Below are positions 48,189 through 56,554 of a stretch of DNA of 64,000 nucleotides, piece after piece. Every line of letters begins with the position of its first letter. Position 1 is the stretch's first letter. Source of the DNA: Desulfobulbales bacterium (GTDB lineage Bacteria; Desulfobacterota; Desulfobulbia; Desulfobulbales; BM004); NCBI GenBank assembly GCA_041598875.1, contig JBFHXP010000002.1, positions 13,716 through 77,715 on the forward strand, read 5' to 3'. The notes beneath the pieces were generated by a model. The model saw only the letters and a program-made list of their open reading frames with translations, was not told where the DNA came from and searched no databases. The position numbers were made by a program, and so were the translations under genes.

Positions 48189-49508
48189 TCATCGTTCCCT
48201 GAGGGCATTCTGCCTGGCCTTGATGATCGGTTTCAGCAGGTACTCGAGAACCGTTTTTTTCCCGGTCAGGATATCGACGCTTGCGGTCATCCCCGGAATG
48301 ATGGGCAGTTTTTCCCCCCGGTAATTGATCGCATTGGTTGTGGTTCTCAGCTTGACCATGAAAAATTTTTCCCGCCGGTCATCCTCAATAGTATCGGCGC
48401 TGATCTGCTCGACAAACCCTTCCAGGCCGCCATATATGCCATAATCATAGGCAGTGATTTTGACCATGGATTTCTGTCCCGGGTGGAGAAAAGCAATATC
48501 CGCCGGCCGGATTTTCGCCTCGATGAGCAGGGTTTCATCCAGGGGAATGATTTCCAGAATCGACTCCCCGGGCTTGACCACCCCGCCGAGGGTATTGATG
48601 TAGATCTTCTTGACCGTGCCGCGGACCGGCGACCGGACATCCGTTCTGGTTGCCCGGTCCTGCCCGGCAACATTCGCCTCGAGAAGTGATTTCAACTCGC
48701 CCCGCTTCTTGTTCAGTTCAGCCGCTGCCGTTGATTTAAATTCGGCACGGCGCTGCGCCTGGCGGCGCTTGATCTCCTGGGCCGCCTCAACGGCGCGGGG
48801 GATGTTCAATTCCAGGCTTTGTATCTCACCGGTAATGGAATTGATCTCGCGCTCAAGGGAGAGATACTCAACCTTGGGAAATAATTTTTTCTCCACAAGA
48901 GGGGTGGCGATGGCCACCTGCTCCCTGGCCAGTTCGAGGTTCTTTCCCAACTGATCCTTCTTGCTCTCCATCCCGCCTATCTCCTGCATCTTCTGCTGGT
49001 ACTGGGAGTTGAGGATGTTCAGCTCAAGCTGCAGTTGCTCCTTGCGGGCCGCATAGATCTGTTTCTGATCCATGACGATCTGCGGGTCATGTCGGGCAAT
49101 TTCGGCCGGCAGGGAGAGTTCCTGCTCGTTCACCTCCGCCTCCAGCCTGGCAATGGACGCCCGGTGCTCCATTGACTGGGAAAAAGAATCCCGATAATGG
49201 CTGGCAGCCTGTTCATTGCTCAGGCGGACAAGGATATCACCCGGCTGGACAATCTGGTTTTCCCGAACCATGACCTCCTCGAGAATACCCCCCTCAAGAT
49301 GCTGGATGACCTGAACATGACGGGAGGGGATAACCTGTCCGCTGCCCCGGGTCACCTCGTCAAGAACAGCGTAATGGGCCCAGGCGACAAAACAGATAAC
49401 GAGCAGGCAGACCGCAAACGAGAGGAGATAGGCCGCGGAGTTCCCGTGGCGCTGCAGGGCGCTGCTCACCTCGTCCATAAATTCCGCATCCGTTGTTTTT
49501 CTGCTCAC
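48189..49508 (-). CDS. HlyD-family type I secretion membrane-fusion protein
   Basis: 439 aa. N-terminal TM, long coiled coils, and a C-terminal ...PGMTASVDILTGKKTVLEYLLKP typical of HlyD/LapC. Confidence 0.88.
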   Translation of the reverse strand: MSRKTTDAEFMDEVSSALQRHGNSAAYLLSFAVCLLVICFVAWAHYAVLDEVTRGSGQVIPSRHVQVIQHLEGGILEEVMVRENQIVQPGDILVRLSNEQAASHYRDSFSQSMEHRASIARLEAEVNEQELSLPAEIARHDPQIVMDQKQIYAARKEQLQLELNILNSQYQQKMQEIGGMESKKDQLGKNLELAREQVAIATPLVEKKLFPKVEYLSLEREINSITGEIQSLELNIPRAVEAAQEIKRRQAQRRAEFKSTAAAELNKKRGELKSLLEANVAGQDRATRTDVRSPVRGTVKKIYINTLGGVVKPGESILEIIPLDETLLIEAKIRPADIAFLHPGQKSMVKITAYDYGIYGGLEGFVEQISADTIEDDRREKFFMVKLRTTTNAINYRGEKLPIIPGMTASVDILTGKKTVLEYLLKPIIKARQNALRER

Positions 49509-49579
49509 TCTGCTCTCTTCCCGAAATAGCTGGTTTTCATCCAGAACAAAAACCGTTCCGGACAGACACCCGCCTAAAA

Positions 49580-51853
49580 TTACGCCTGGCCCGGAACATG
49601 CTGCTGCCTCTGTTCTTTCAGGAACTCCAAGACCTTATCCCTGGGACCATCCACCAGAACCCGGCCCTTTTCCATCACAATCAACCGATCGACAAGCGTG
49701 AGCATTGACTGGCGGTGCGAGACAACAACCAGGGTCTTCTGTTTGAGAACAGAGGCCAGGCGGGACTTGAAAAGCGCCTCCATCAGTGTATCCATGCTGC
49801 TGGTCGGCTCGTCGAGAAGCACAATATCAGGATCACGGACCAGGGCCCGGGCAACGGCAACCGCCTGACGCTGGCCGCCGGAAAGGTTCATGCCCCGCTC
49901 GCCGACCTGAAGCCCGAACCCGGCCGGGTGATTTCGTACAAAATCAGTGACCCCGGCAACGGTTGCTGCCCAGAGAATGGCCGCATCATCAGCAAAAGGC
50001 GCGCCAAAGGCGATATTCTCCCTGATGCTGCCATAAAAAAGATATTTGTCCTGCGATGCATAGCCGATTTTCTGCCGCAACTCGGCCACATCGAGCTGCC
50101 TGATATCCAGACCGCCGACCATGACGCTGCCCGAGGCAGGGGTGTAGAGCCCGAGAATCAGGCGGCCCAGGGTACTTTTGCCGGATCCCATCGGCCCGAT
50201 GATCCCAACTTTTTCTCCGGCGCTGATGTGCAGGGTAACGGTATCCAGGGCCTTGAGTTCGGAACTGGGATAGGAAAAAGAGACCCGGTCAAATGTGATG
50301 CTGCTGCCGATTTTACCATGATGCACATACTCCCTGCCATCGGGCCTCTCGCTGGGGATCTCCATGACCATGTTGAGCGATTTGAGGGCCATGCGCGACT
50401 GCTGCAGCCGGGTCAGCATTGCCGCCACCGCACCCAGGGGGGCCATTGCCCGGCCGACCAGGATGGTGCAGGCGATGAGCCCGCCCATGGTCAGAACCCC
50501 TTCCTTGATCCGAAATACTCCCCAGACGATGACCGCCACACTGACCAGCTGGGTGGCAAACTGTGAAAAGGTGATGGAAAAGGTTGCCAGTGATTTTGCC
50601 TGGGCCGAAGAGCGGGCATTCATGCCCACCACGCTCTCCCACCGCCCCTGGACTCTGCTCTCGGCAGTGCTGGTCTTGATCGTTTCAAGCCCGTTGATCG
50701 CCTCGACAAGAATGGCATTTTTCTGGGCCGACTCCCTGAAACCCTTTTCTATCGCCCGCTGAAATGGAAACTGAATCAGCACGCCAACCAGAATGACAAC
50801 CGGCACGGCAATGGCAGGGGCATAGGCAACCGGGCCGCCGATAAAGGAGACCAGGAGAATAAAAAGCACAAGAAAAGGGATATCCACCAGGGAAAGAAGG
50901 GTGGTGGAACTGAAGAACTCACGCAGTGATTCGAATTCGCGCAGGTTGTTGACCATGGAGCCGGTGGAATCGGGTTTATGGTCCATCTTGATTGCCATAA
51001 CGTGCTGCAGGAGACGACTGGCAAGGATAACATCGGATTTTTTCCCTGCCATATCAACGAAATACCCGCGCAGCAGACGAAGGAGAAAATCAAAGACATA
51101 GGCAATGCACACCCCCACCGCCAGGACCCAGAGGGTCTCAAGGGCATTGTTGGGCACCACCCGGTCATAGACATTCATCACAAAAAGCGGCCCGGCAACA
51201 CCCAGTATATTGATAACAATACTCGCGAGAAGGACATGCTTATAGAGAGGATAAAAGTGGCCGATCGTGCCCCAGAACCATCTCTTGCCCTTGAGCAGTT
51301 GCAGTTTACTGGCCCGGTCATCCAGACGGCCCCTGGCCTGGACAAAAAGCGCCTTGCCGGTATAGAGCGGCTGCAGGGTTTCCAGGGGAACGCTCTGACT
51401 GGTGTCCGGGGTCTCGGCAAAGATCACATCGGCCATGTCCGAGTGTATCCCGCCCAGAACGCAGCTGTTGCCATCCTTTAACAGAAGGATGCACGGCAGA
51501 GTCAGAGGGTTGATCCGGGCTATGGCCGGCCGCTTGAGAATTCGGGCATTCATCCCAGCCTGTTCCGCGGCCCGGACACAGAGATGGGGTGAAAAATCCT
51601 GACCGCTGAGGGGCAGCGAGGCAAGCAGCGCGCTGATTGAAACACTCCTGCCCTTGAGCCTGAGGAGTGTCTCGAGACAGGTCAGCAGGGGAGGCCGCGG
51701 GTCGGCGCTCTGACCGGACGACGGGGCAGCAGAGAGATCGACCTGGCCGGCCCGCTGGGTTGCATTTCCCTGAGAGTCAACAGGGCGAGTCCCGTGGTCA
51801 CCCTTTTCCGGGCCCATGGGTTCTGTTTCCTGAACTGAAGAGGAGGTCTGCAT
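49580..51853 (-). CDS. Type I secretion ABC permease/ATPase with an N-terminal C39-like domain (LapB/LssB-like)
   Basis: 757 aa. C39-like region (LLTCLETLLRLKG...), six TM segments, Walker A GPMGSGKST, signature LSGGQRQ and Walker B IVLLDEPTS. Confidence 0.9.
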   Translation of the reverse strand: MQTSSSVQETEPMGPEKGDHGTRPVDSQGNATQRAGQVDLSAAPSSGQSADPRPPLLTCLETLLRLKGRSVSISALLASLPLSGQDFSPHLCVRAAEQAGMNARILKRPAIARINPLTLPCILLLKDGNSCVLGGIHSDMADVIFAETPDTSQSVPLETLQPLYTGKALFVQARGRLDDRASKLQLLKGKRWFWGTIGHFYPLYKHVLLASIVINILGVAGPLFVMNVYDRVVPNNALETLWVLAVGVCIAYVFDFLLRLLRGYFVDMAGKKSDVILASRLLQHVMAIKMDHKPDSTGSMVNNLREFESLREFFSSTTLLSLVDIPFLVLFILLVSFIGGPVAYAPAIAVPVVILVGVLIQFPFQRAIEKGFRESAQKNAILVEAINGLETIKTSTAESRVQGRWESVVGMNARSSAQAKSLATFSITFSQFATQLVSVAVIVWGVFRIKEGVLTMGGLIACTILVGRAMAPLGAVAAMLTRLQQSRMALKSLNMVMEIPSERPDGREYVHHGKIGSSITFDRVSFSYPSSELKALDTVTLHISAGEKVGIIGPMGSGKSTLGRLILGLYTPASGSVMVGGLDIRQLDVAELRQKIGYASQDKYLFYGSIRENIAFGAPFADDAAILWAATVAGVTDFVRNHPAGFGLQVGERGMNLSGGQRQAVAVARALVRDPDIVLLDEPTSSMDTLMEALFKSRLASVLKQKTLVVVSHRQSMLTLVDRLIVMEKGRVLVDGPRDKVLEFLKEQRQQHVPGQA

Positions 51854-52315
51854 GGTTCAGTTATTCATCATAGGTGAGCATTGTTATTCTGACCTGACAC
51901 CTGAAGTGATAAAACCATACCCAGCAGAGACCTGTTCTGGCAACCGATATCACGATAACCCCTAACCCTTCAGAGACCCCTGGATGGATGTTTCCGGAAA
52001 AAAGGAAAACCCGACCCCTGCCACCCCAAAAGGGGTTTCCCTGCACCACGCCGCGGAACAAGTCTTGACAGCTTTCCTGATTACCACGAAACAACAAGAA
52101 CTTAAGGCACCATGGCGCCTCCGCGAACAGGGGGGGGACCCGCCAGGTTTACCCCAGGGCATGTTCACCTCTATCAGCCCACTTCCGACAATCCGGACAC
52201 TTTCCGGAAATCCACTCGAAAAAAACGAAAAAAACAGGTTCCGAAGTGACCGAAAAACCCGGCTCAAAAACTGATAACACTGATATTGCTCGAAAAAAAC
52301 AAACCCGGAAAAAGT

Positions 52316-52331
52316 TGGCCCGGAAATTGCT
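52316..52331 (+). promoter_or_regulatory. Candidate sigma-54 (-24/-12) promoter
   Basis: TGGCCCGGAAATTGCT matches TGGCAC-N5-TTGCW spacing exactly. It lies about 425 nt upstream of the PEP-CTERM gene. A TCCGGA-N5-TCCGGA repeat at 52192-52208 could be an activator site. Confidence 0.4.
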
Positions 52332-52755
52332 TTATTCTTATCAACCCTTCATACTCACTCGCCTGCTGCCAGGTCCCCTGAGGAGTATGTGTGCCCGCGG
52401 AGCGCAGATAAACGGTCTCACAAAAAAGCCAGATATGTATTGCACAAAAACGGAAAAAATGATAGTGATTTCTCCAGTCTCCTGATTCCAGGTGAAAATT
52501 AGTACATGCTTACACAACAAGATCACCAAAGAGCTTCTGCCCGATCCAGAGTTTGCTGTGCAGGAGGGGTAGTGCACCGCTTCGAACACACCGGTGGTTT
52601 TTTTCAGCAGAAACTAAAAGTCTAACCCAGCAGCAGAACCGCACGTTCGCGAGGCCGGATACTCCCCTTATGCCTGGAAATCTCTGGCGGGTGATATGAA
52701 CAGTGGCCCGGTGCTGTCTGTGTAGCGGTCCGAAAACTTATTTAGGGTATTTGCA

Positions 52756-53502
52756 ATGAAAACACGAGCACTCTTCCTGTCAGTTGGGCTGTCGATCCTT
52801 CTCCTCTCTTCCCCGGCATTTGGCTCGGCTTATACGTATAATGTATCGAGTGTGCGCGATACTGTCACCGGGGGAATGATGGATGGGCTGGAGGTGACTG
52901 CATACTATGAAAACGGCACATCTTCGAACGCATTCTGGGGATACCTGGGCGCACAACCAGGCGCGACCTCAGGTCGGGCTTATGTCTCTGACGGGTATCA
53001 ATTGTTTCAGGGTGGCAACACCTATCTTTCCAACTGGACGCTCACCAATAGCAGTACGAGCAAACTTATCTCCCTGACCATCCAGGGCATGGGCATGGAT
53101 TCAAATAATGAAAGACCACGGGCAAACGTTGTATTTGATTCATTTTATGGGACAGGAACCGGTGCTGACAAACGAACCCCCGGCTCCGAGTTGGGCAGGT
53201 TCATTGCAGATCCCCTTGGAACCAACCCGGTACCCGTTACCTTCCTCTTCTCGGATCCGGTCGCCCATAAGGGAACAGTCTATGGTGACCTCTATGCCAC
53301 CCTCACCCTGACATTTGGCGGGGGTGGTCTTGCGAAATATGATCGTACAACTGCACCAAATAATAAAATTGTTTTCACGGCTGACACGGACAGCATAACC
53401 CCGGTACCAGTGCCCGCAACCCTCTGGCTCCTGGGCTGTGGCATCCTCTCCCTGATCGGTTCAAGGAGAAAGACCGGCAGCAGCCCGCGCCTGAACGCAT
53501 AA
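52756..53502 (+). CDS. Secreted protein with a PEP-CTERM-like C-terminal sorting signal (VPVP variant)
   Basis: 248 aa. Signal peptide (…SSPAFG/S). The C-terminus has TPVPVPATLWLLGCGILSLIGSRRK, i.e. a Pro-rich motif, a TM segment and a basic cluster. Confidence 0.7.
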   Translation: MKTRALFLSVGLSILLLSSPAFGSAYTYNVSSVRDTVTGGMMDGLEVTAYYENGTSSNAFWGYLGAQPGATSGRAYVSDGYQLFQGGNTYLSNWTLTNSSTSKLISLTIQGMGMDSNNERPRANVVFDSFYGTGTGADKRTPGSELGRFIADPLGTNPVPVTFLFSDPVAHKGTVYGDLYATLTLTFGGGGLAKYDRTTAPNNKIVFTADTDSITPVPVPATLWLLGCGILSLIGSRRKTGSSPRLNA

Positions 53503-53539
53503 TATCCACAACGACCATATTTACGATTTGGAGACCGCC

Positions 53540-54769
53540 ATGCCAGAATTAAATGCTCCTGCCCAACCATCGACAGCCACCCGTGATAACCTGGTGCGGG
53601 TCGGCAAACCCCAGGCCGGCCAATCCTCGGCACTGGTCCTCGCCCCTGGCGCAGCCATAGCCCTTGACTTTGACATAACCGAGGCCGAGGCGATCCTGCA
53701 AAACGGCGCGTTGATCTTCCGCTTTGCCGATGACAGCGAGATCCAGCTGCAGAACTTTGAGGCCGTGCTTGCCAGCACCGAACTTATCCTTCAGGACGGC
53801 ACTGAAATAAGCGGCGACCAGGTGATGGGGGTTATCCAACCGGGCGGCGACGAACCTGCTGCCGGGCCTGGCTCGACAAGCGGCGGCGCCGGTGAATATG
53901 ACGACTATCTTGGCAGTATAACAGGCCCGATTGAGCGGTTGGGCACCCTTGACCCGCGGCAATTGACCGACCCCCAGACCGATCTCGAAGGGGGCGCGGG
54001 CTTGGTACCACCTGATCCGCCTGAGACACCCCTTGTTCTGGCCGATGACACGGATCTTCTGTATTATGACCGGATCTTGTCTGAACAAGGAGAATTTTCT
54101 GAAGTAGGCAAAATACTACCGATTCTCAAGATATATAATGCCGGGCCAGGCCCGGACGACACCCTCTATGACAGCCACACCCGGGGCAATGTACTGAGCA
54201 ACGACATCGGAGACGGCCTGCGGGTAACCGGCTTTACCCACAACGGTACGACATACGTTGCGGACGGATCGACCGTGACCCTGAGTTCCGGGGCCAGGTT
54301 TTCCCTTGGAGCGGACGGCTCCTACCGCTACGCCTATGATACCACCGAGACGGTTGATAGCACGCAGAGACCAAATTTTAGCACCCTGTCTTTCCCAGGA
54401 CTCAATGCCGGTCACGCTCCTGGACAGGACAAACATGCCATTGCCCGCATTGAGTTATCCGATCTGACCGATGATGACTGGCTCCAATTTGACTGGAGCG
54501 ATACTGCTGGCAACAAACATAATGCCGTATACCCTGAATTCGCCATCCAAAACAACACAGTAGAACTCTATGACCTTGACGGCTTTGCCAGCCTGGACAT
54601 CACGGTCCTTGCTGGGTCTGTCACTTTCGAATCACTCAAGGTGGAATACACCGATTCGACATTGACCAAAGAGACAATCCAGTACCAAGTGACAGACGCC
54701 TACGGCGCCAGCGGTTCGGCCAACCTTATCCTCGACTTTGCCGCAACCAACCCACCGCCCGTGGCGTAA
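53540..54769 (+). CDS. Candidate small LapA-like T1SS substrate/adhesin with a PAAG di-alanine site
   Basis: ORF 53528-54769. ATG 53540 has a GGAG RBS. No Sec signal peptide. The N-terminal LIFRFADDSEIQLQNFEAV region is followed by GGDEPAAGPGSTSGGAG. The C-terminus has a cadherin/VCBS-like YQVTDAYGASGSANLILDF. Confidence 0.5.
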   Translation: MPELNAPAQPSTATRDNLVRVGKPQAGQSSALVLAPGAAIALDFDITEAEAILQNGALIFRFADDSEIQLQNFEAVLASTELILQDGTEISGDQVMGVIQPGGDEPAAGPGSTSGGAGEYDDYLGSITGPIERLGTLDPRQLTDPQTDLEGGAGLVPPDPPETPLVLADDTDLLYYDRILSEQGEFSEVGKILPILKIYNAGPGPDDTLYDSHTRGNVLSNDIGDGLRVTGFTHNGTTYVADGSTVTLSSGARFSLGADGSYRYAYDTTETVDSTQRPNFSTLSFPGLNAGHAPGQDKHAIARIELSDLTDDDWLQFDWSDTAGNKHNAVYPEFAIQNNTVELYDLDGFASLDITVLAGSVTFESLKVEYTDSTLTKETIQYQVTDAYGASGSANLILDFAATNPPPVA

Positions 54770-54790
54770 CATCCGGTTTTATCTAAAAAA

Positions 54791-54822
54791 CCACATCCCA
54801 AAAAAACAGGGGTGTGGTTTTT
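54791..54822 (+). terminator. Rho-independent terminator after the 409-aa gene
   Basis: ccacatccc / ggggtgtgg stem (one G-U pair), 9-nt A-rich loop, then TTTTT. Confidence 0.7.
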
Positions 54823-54949
54823 GCGTGCCAGCGCGCATCACTGAATTGACATTCATTCAGCACGTGCAACTGGCGTTTTTTTTAAAAAAACAACTGATTT
54901 TAGAGGTGTACGCAAATAAAGGAGAACTCTCAATAGGGGAGAAGTTGCT

Positions 54950-56311
54950 ATGCATAAAAAAATCGCTCTATTCACCGCAATTGCCGTGGCCCTCATACAC
55001 CTGCCGCAGGTTTCATCTGCCGGAGAAACCGTGACAGTGCAACAAAGTGTGATAGATACCCTCACAACCAGCCCGCGCCTGGAAATGATGAAACATAATC
55101 GGACCGCGATCAACCATGACATGGCCAAGGCCCGGGGCGGCTATTTCCCGCAACTTGACGTTGTGGCCGGCTATGGTTTCGGCGCCCATAAAAGCCTGAC
55201 CACCCGAAATGCAGCGGCCACCGCCCCCTATGATGACGACTGGATGGCCCGCAGTGACGCCGCCCTGATTCTGCAGCAGCTTGTTTTTGACGGAAACGAG
55301 GTGAAAAGCCAGGTTGATATTGACCGATTCAAGATAGACTCGATCAATTACCGGGTATTTGACAATGCCGAGGCCCTGGCCCTTGATGCCGCCCTTGCCG
55401 CCCTTGAGGTCTATCGCCAGCAGGAACTGCTCAAGGTTGCCGAGGCAAATGTGGCGGCCCACGAAAAAATTCTCGAATCCCTCAAGGTTATAGAACAGGC
55501 CGGCGCCGGCAGCAGCGCCGATGTCATCCAGACCCGGGCCCGCCTTTCACGGACCATGGCCACCCGGATAACGGTGATGAGCGACCTGGAAACCGCCCTG
55601 TCCAATTTTGAGCGGTTGGTCGGGTATCGGCCGGATACCGTGCAGTTTCCCGAAAATGCCGATGCGGTCCTGCCGGCTTCCCAGGATGAAATTATCAATA
55701 TGGTGATAGCCTCCAACCCGAAATTCCTGGCAGCGGCCTCTGATATCAAGGTCGCCGGGGCGGTGGTCAATCTGGAGAAATCTAAATATTCCCCCAAAAT
55801 ATACCTGGAGGGGGTTCTGAAATATGAAGATGGTACCGATGGGGTGGAAAGCTGGATCAGAGACGAGGGAGTCATGGTCCGGATGCGCTGGAACCTGTTC
55901 AACGGCATGGCGGACGACGCCGCGGTCAAGGCGGCCAGGGCACGCAAACTGCAGGAGGAATTAAACCGGGAAGATATCATCAGAACCATTGCCAACGACA
56001 CCAGGGCAACCTGGTCCAGATACACTGCAGCGGTGCAAACGGAAAAGGCCTTTGCAGAAAACGTCAGCTTCAACGAAGAGACCCGGACACTGTACAGCGA
56101 CCAGTTCTCCATCGGCCAGCGAAGCCTTCTTGATCTTCTCGATGCTGAAAACGAGGCATTCCAGTCCCGGGGCCTCTACACCTCGGCCAAGGTTGACCGC
56201 GCGGCCACGGCCTATAAGCTTCTCGCCCTGCCCGGAAAACTCATAGATACGTTGGGCATCGATTCAGCTATCTACAAAGATCCCAAATATGAAAAGAGCA
56301 GGAAAAACTGA
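54950..56311 (+). CDS. TolC-family type I secretion outer-membrane channel (LapE-like)
   Basis: 453 aa. Signal peptide, then two tandem OEP-type repeats (…RGGYFPQLDVVAGYG…, …KYSPKIYLEG…). Confidence 0.85.
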   Translation: MHKKIALFTAIAVALIHLPQVSSAGETVTVQQSVIDTLTTSPRLEMMKHNRTAINHDMAKARGGYFPQLDVVAGYGFGAHKSLTTRNAAATAPYDDDWMARSDAALILQQLVFDGNEVKSQVDIDRFKIDSINYRVFDNAEALALDAALAALEVYRQQELLKVAEANVAAHEKILESLKVIEQAGAGSSADVIQTRARLSRTMATRITVMSDLETALSNFERLVGYRPDTVQFPENADAVLPASQDEIINMVIASNPKFLAAASDIKVAGAVVNLEKSKYSPKIYLEGVLKYEDGTDGVESWIRDEGVMVRMRWNLFNGMADDAAVKAARARKLQEELNREDIIRTIANDTRATWSRYTAAVQTEKAFAENVSFNEETRTLYSDQFSIGQRSLLDLLDAENEAFQSRGLYTSAKVDRAATAYKLLALPGKLIDTLGIDSAIYKDPKYEKSRKN

Positions 56312-56554
56312 TACCAAACGTGAAACTCTCGTAAAAAGTCATGGGATAGCTAAGTCAAAAAAACTTGATAACAGGCAAGCGAACCTGTGAGACTCCGAGG
56401 CGAAGTGATTTTTCAGGTGCGAGGCCATACATATAGAGGTCGTGCCTGAAAAATCACGGCAACGCGGGAGATCGGATTTATACGACGCCATCAGTCGATT
56501 CGTTGACTTCATACTTCAGCGGTTCAGCGTTCGATATACGATATTCAAAATGTA

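Noticed and set aside
51854-52755. Possible c-di-GMP (GEMM-I/II) riboswitch in the long non-coding region of the Lap-like locus.
   Set aside because: I could not recognise the conserved GEMM tetraloop/receptor or ACGCAC-type core sequences by eye. The question stays open pending a covariance-model scan, and I make no positive claim.
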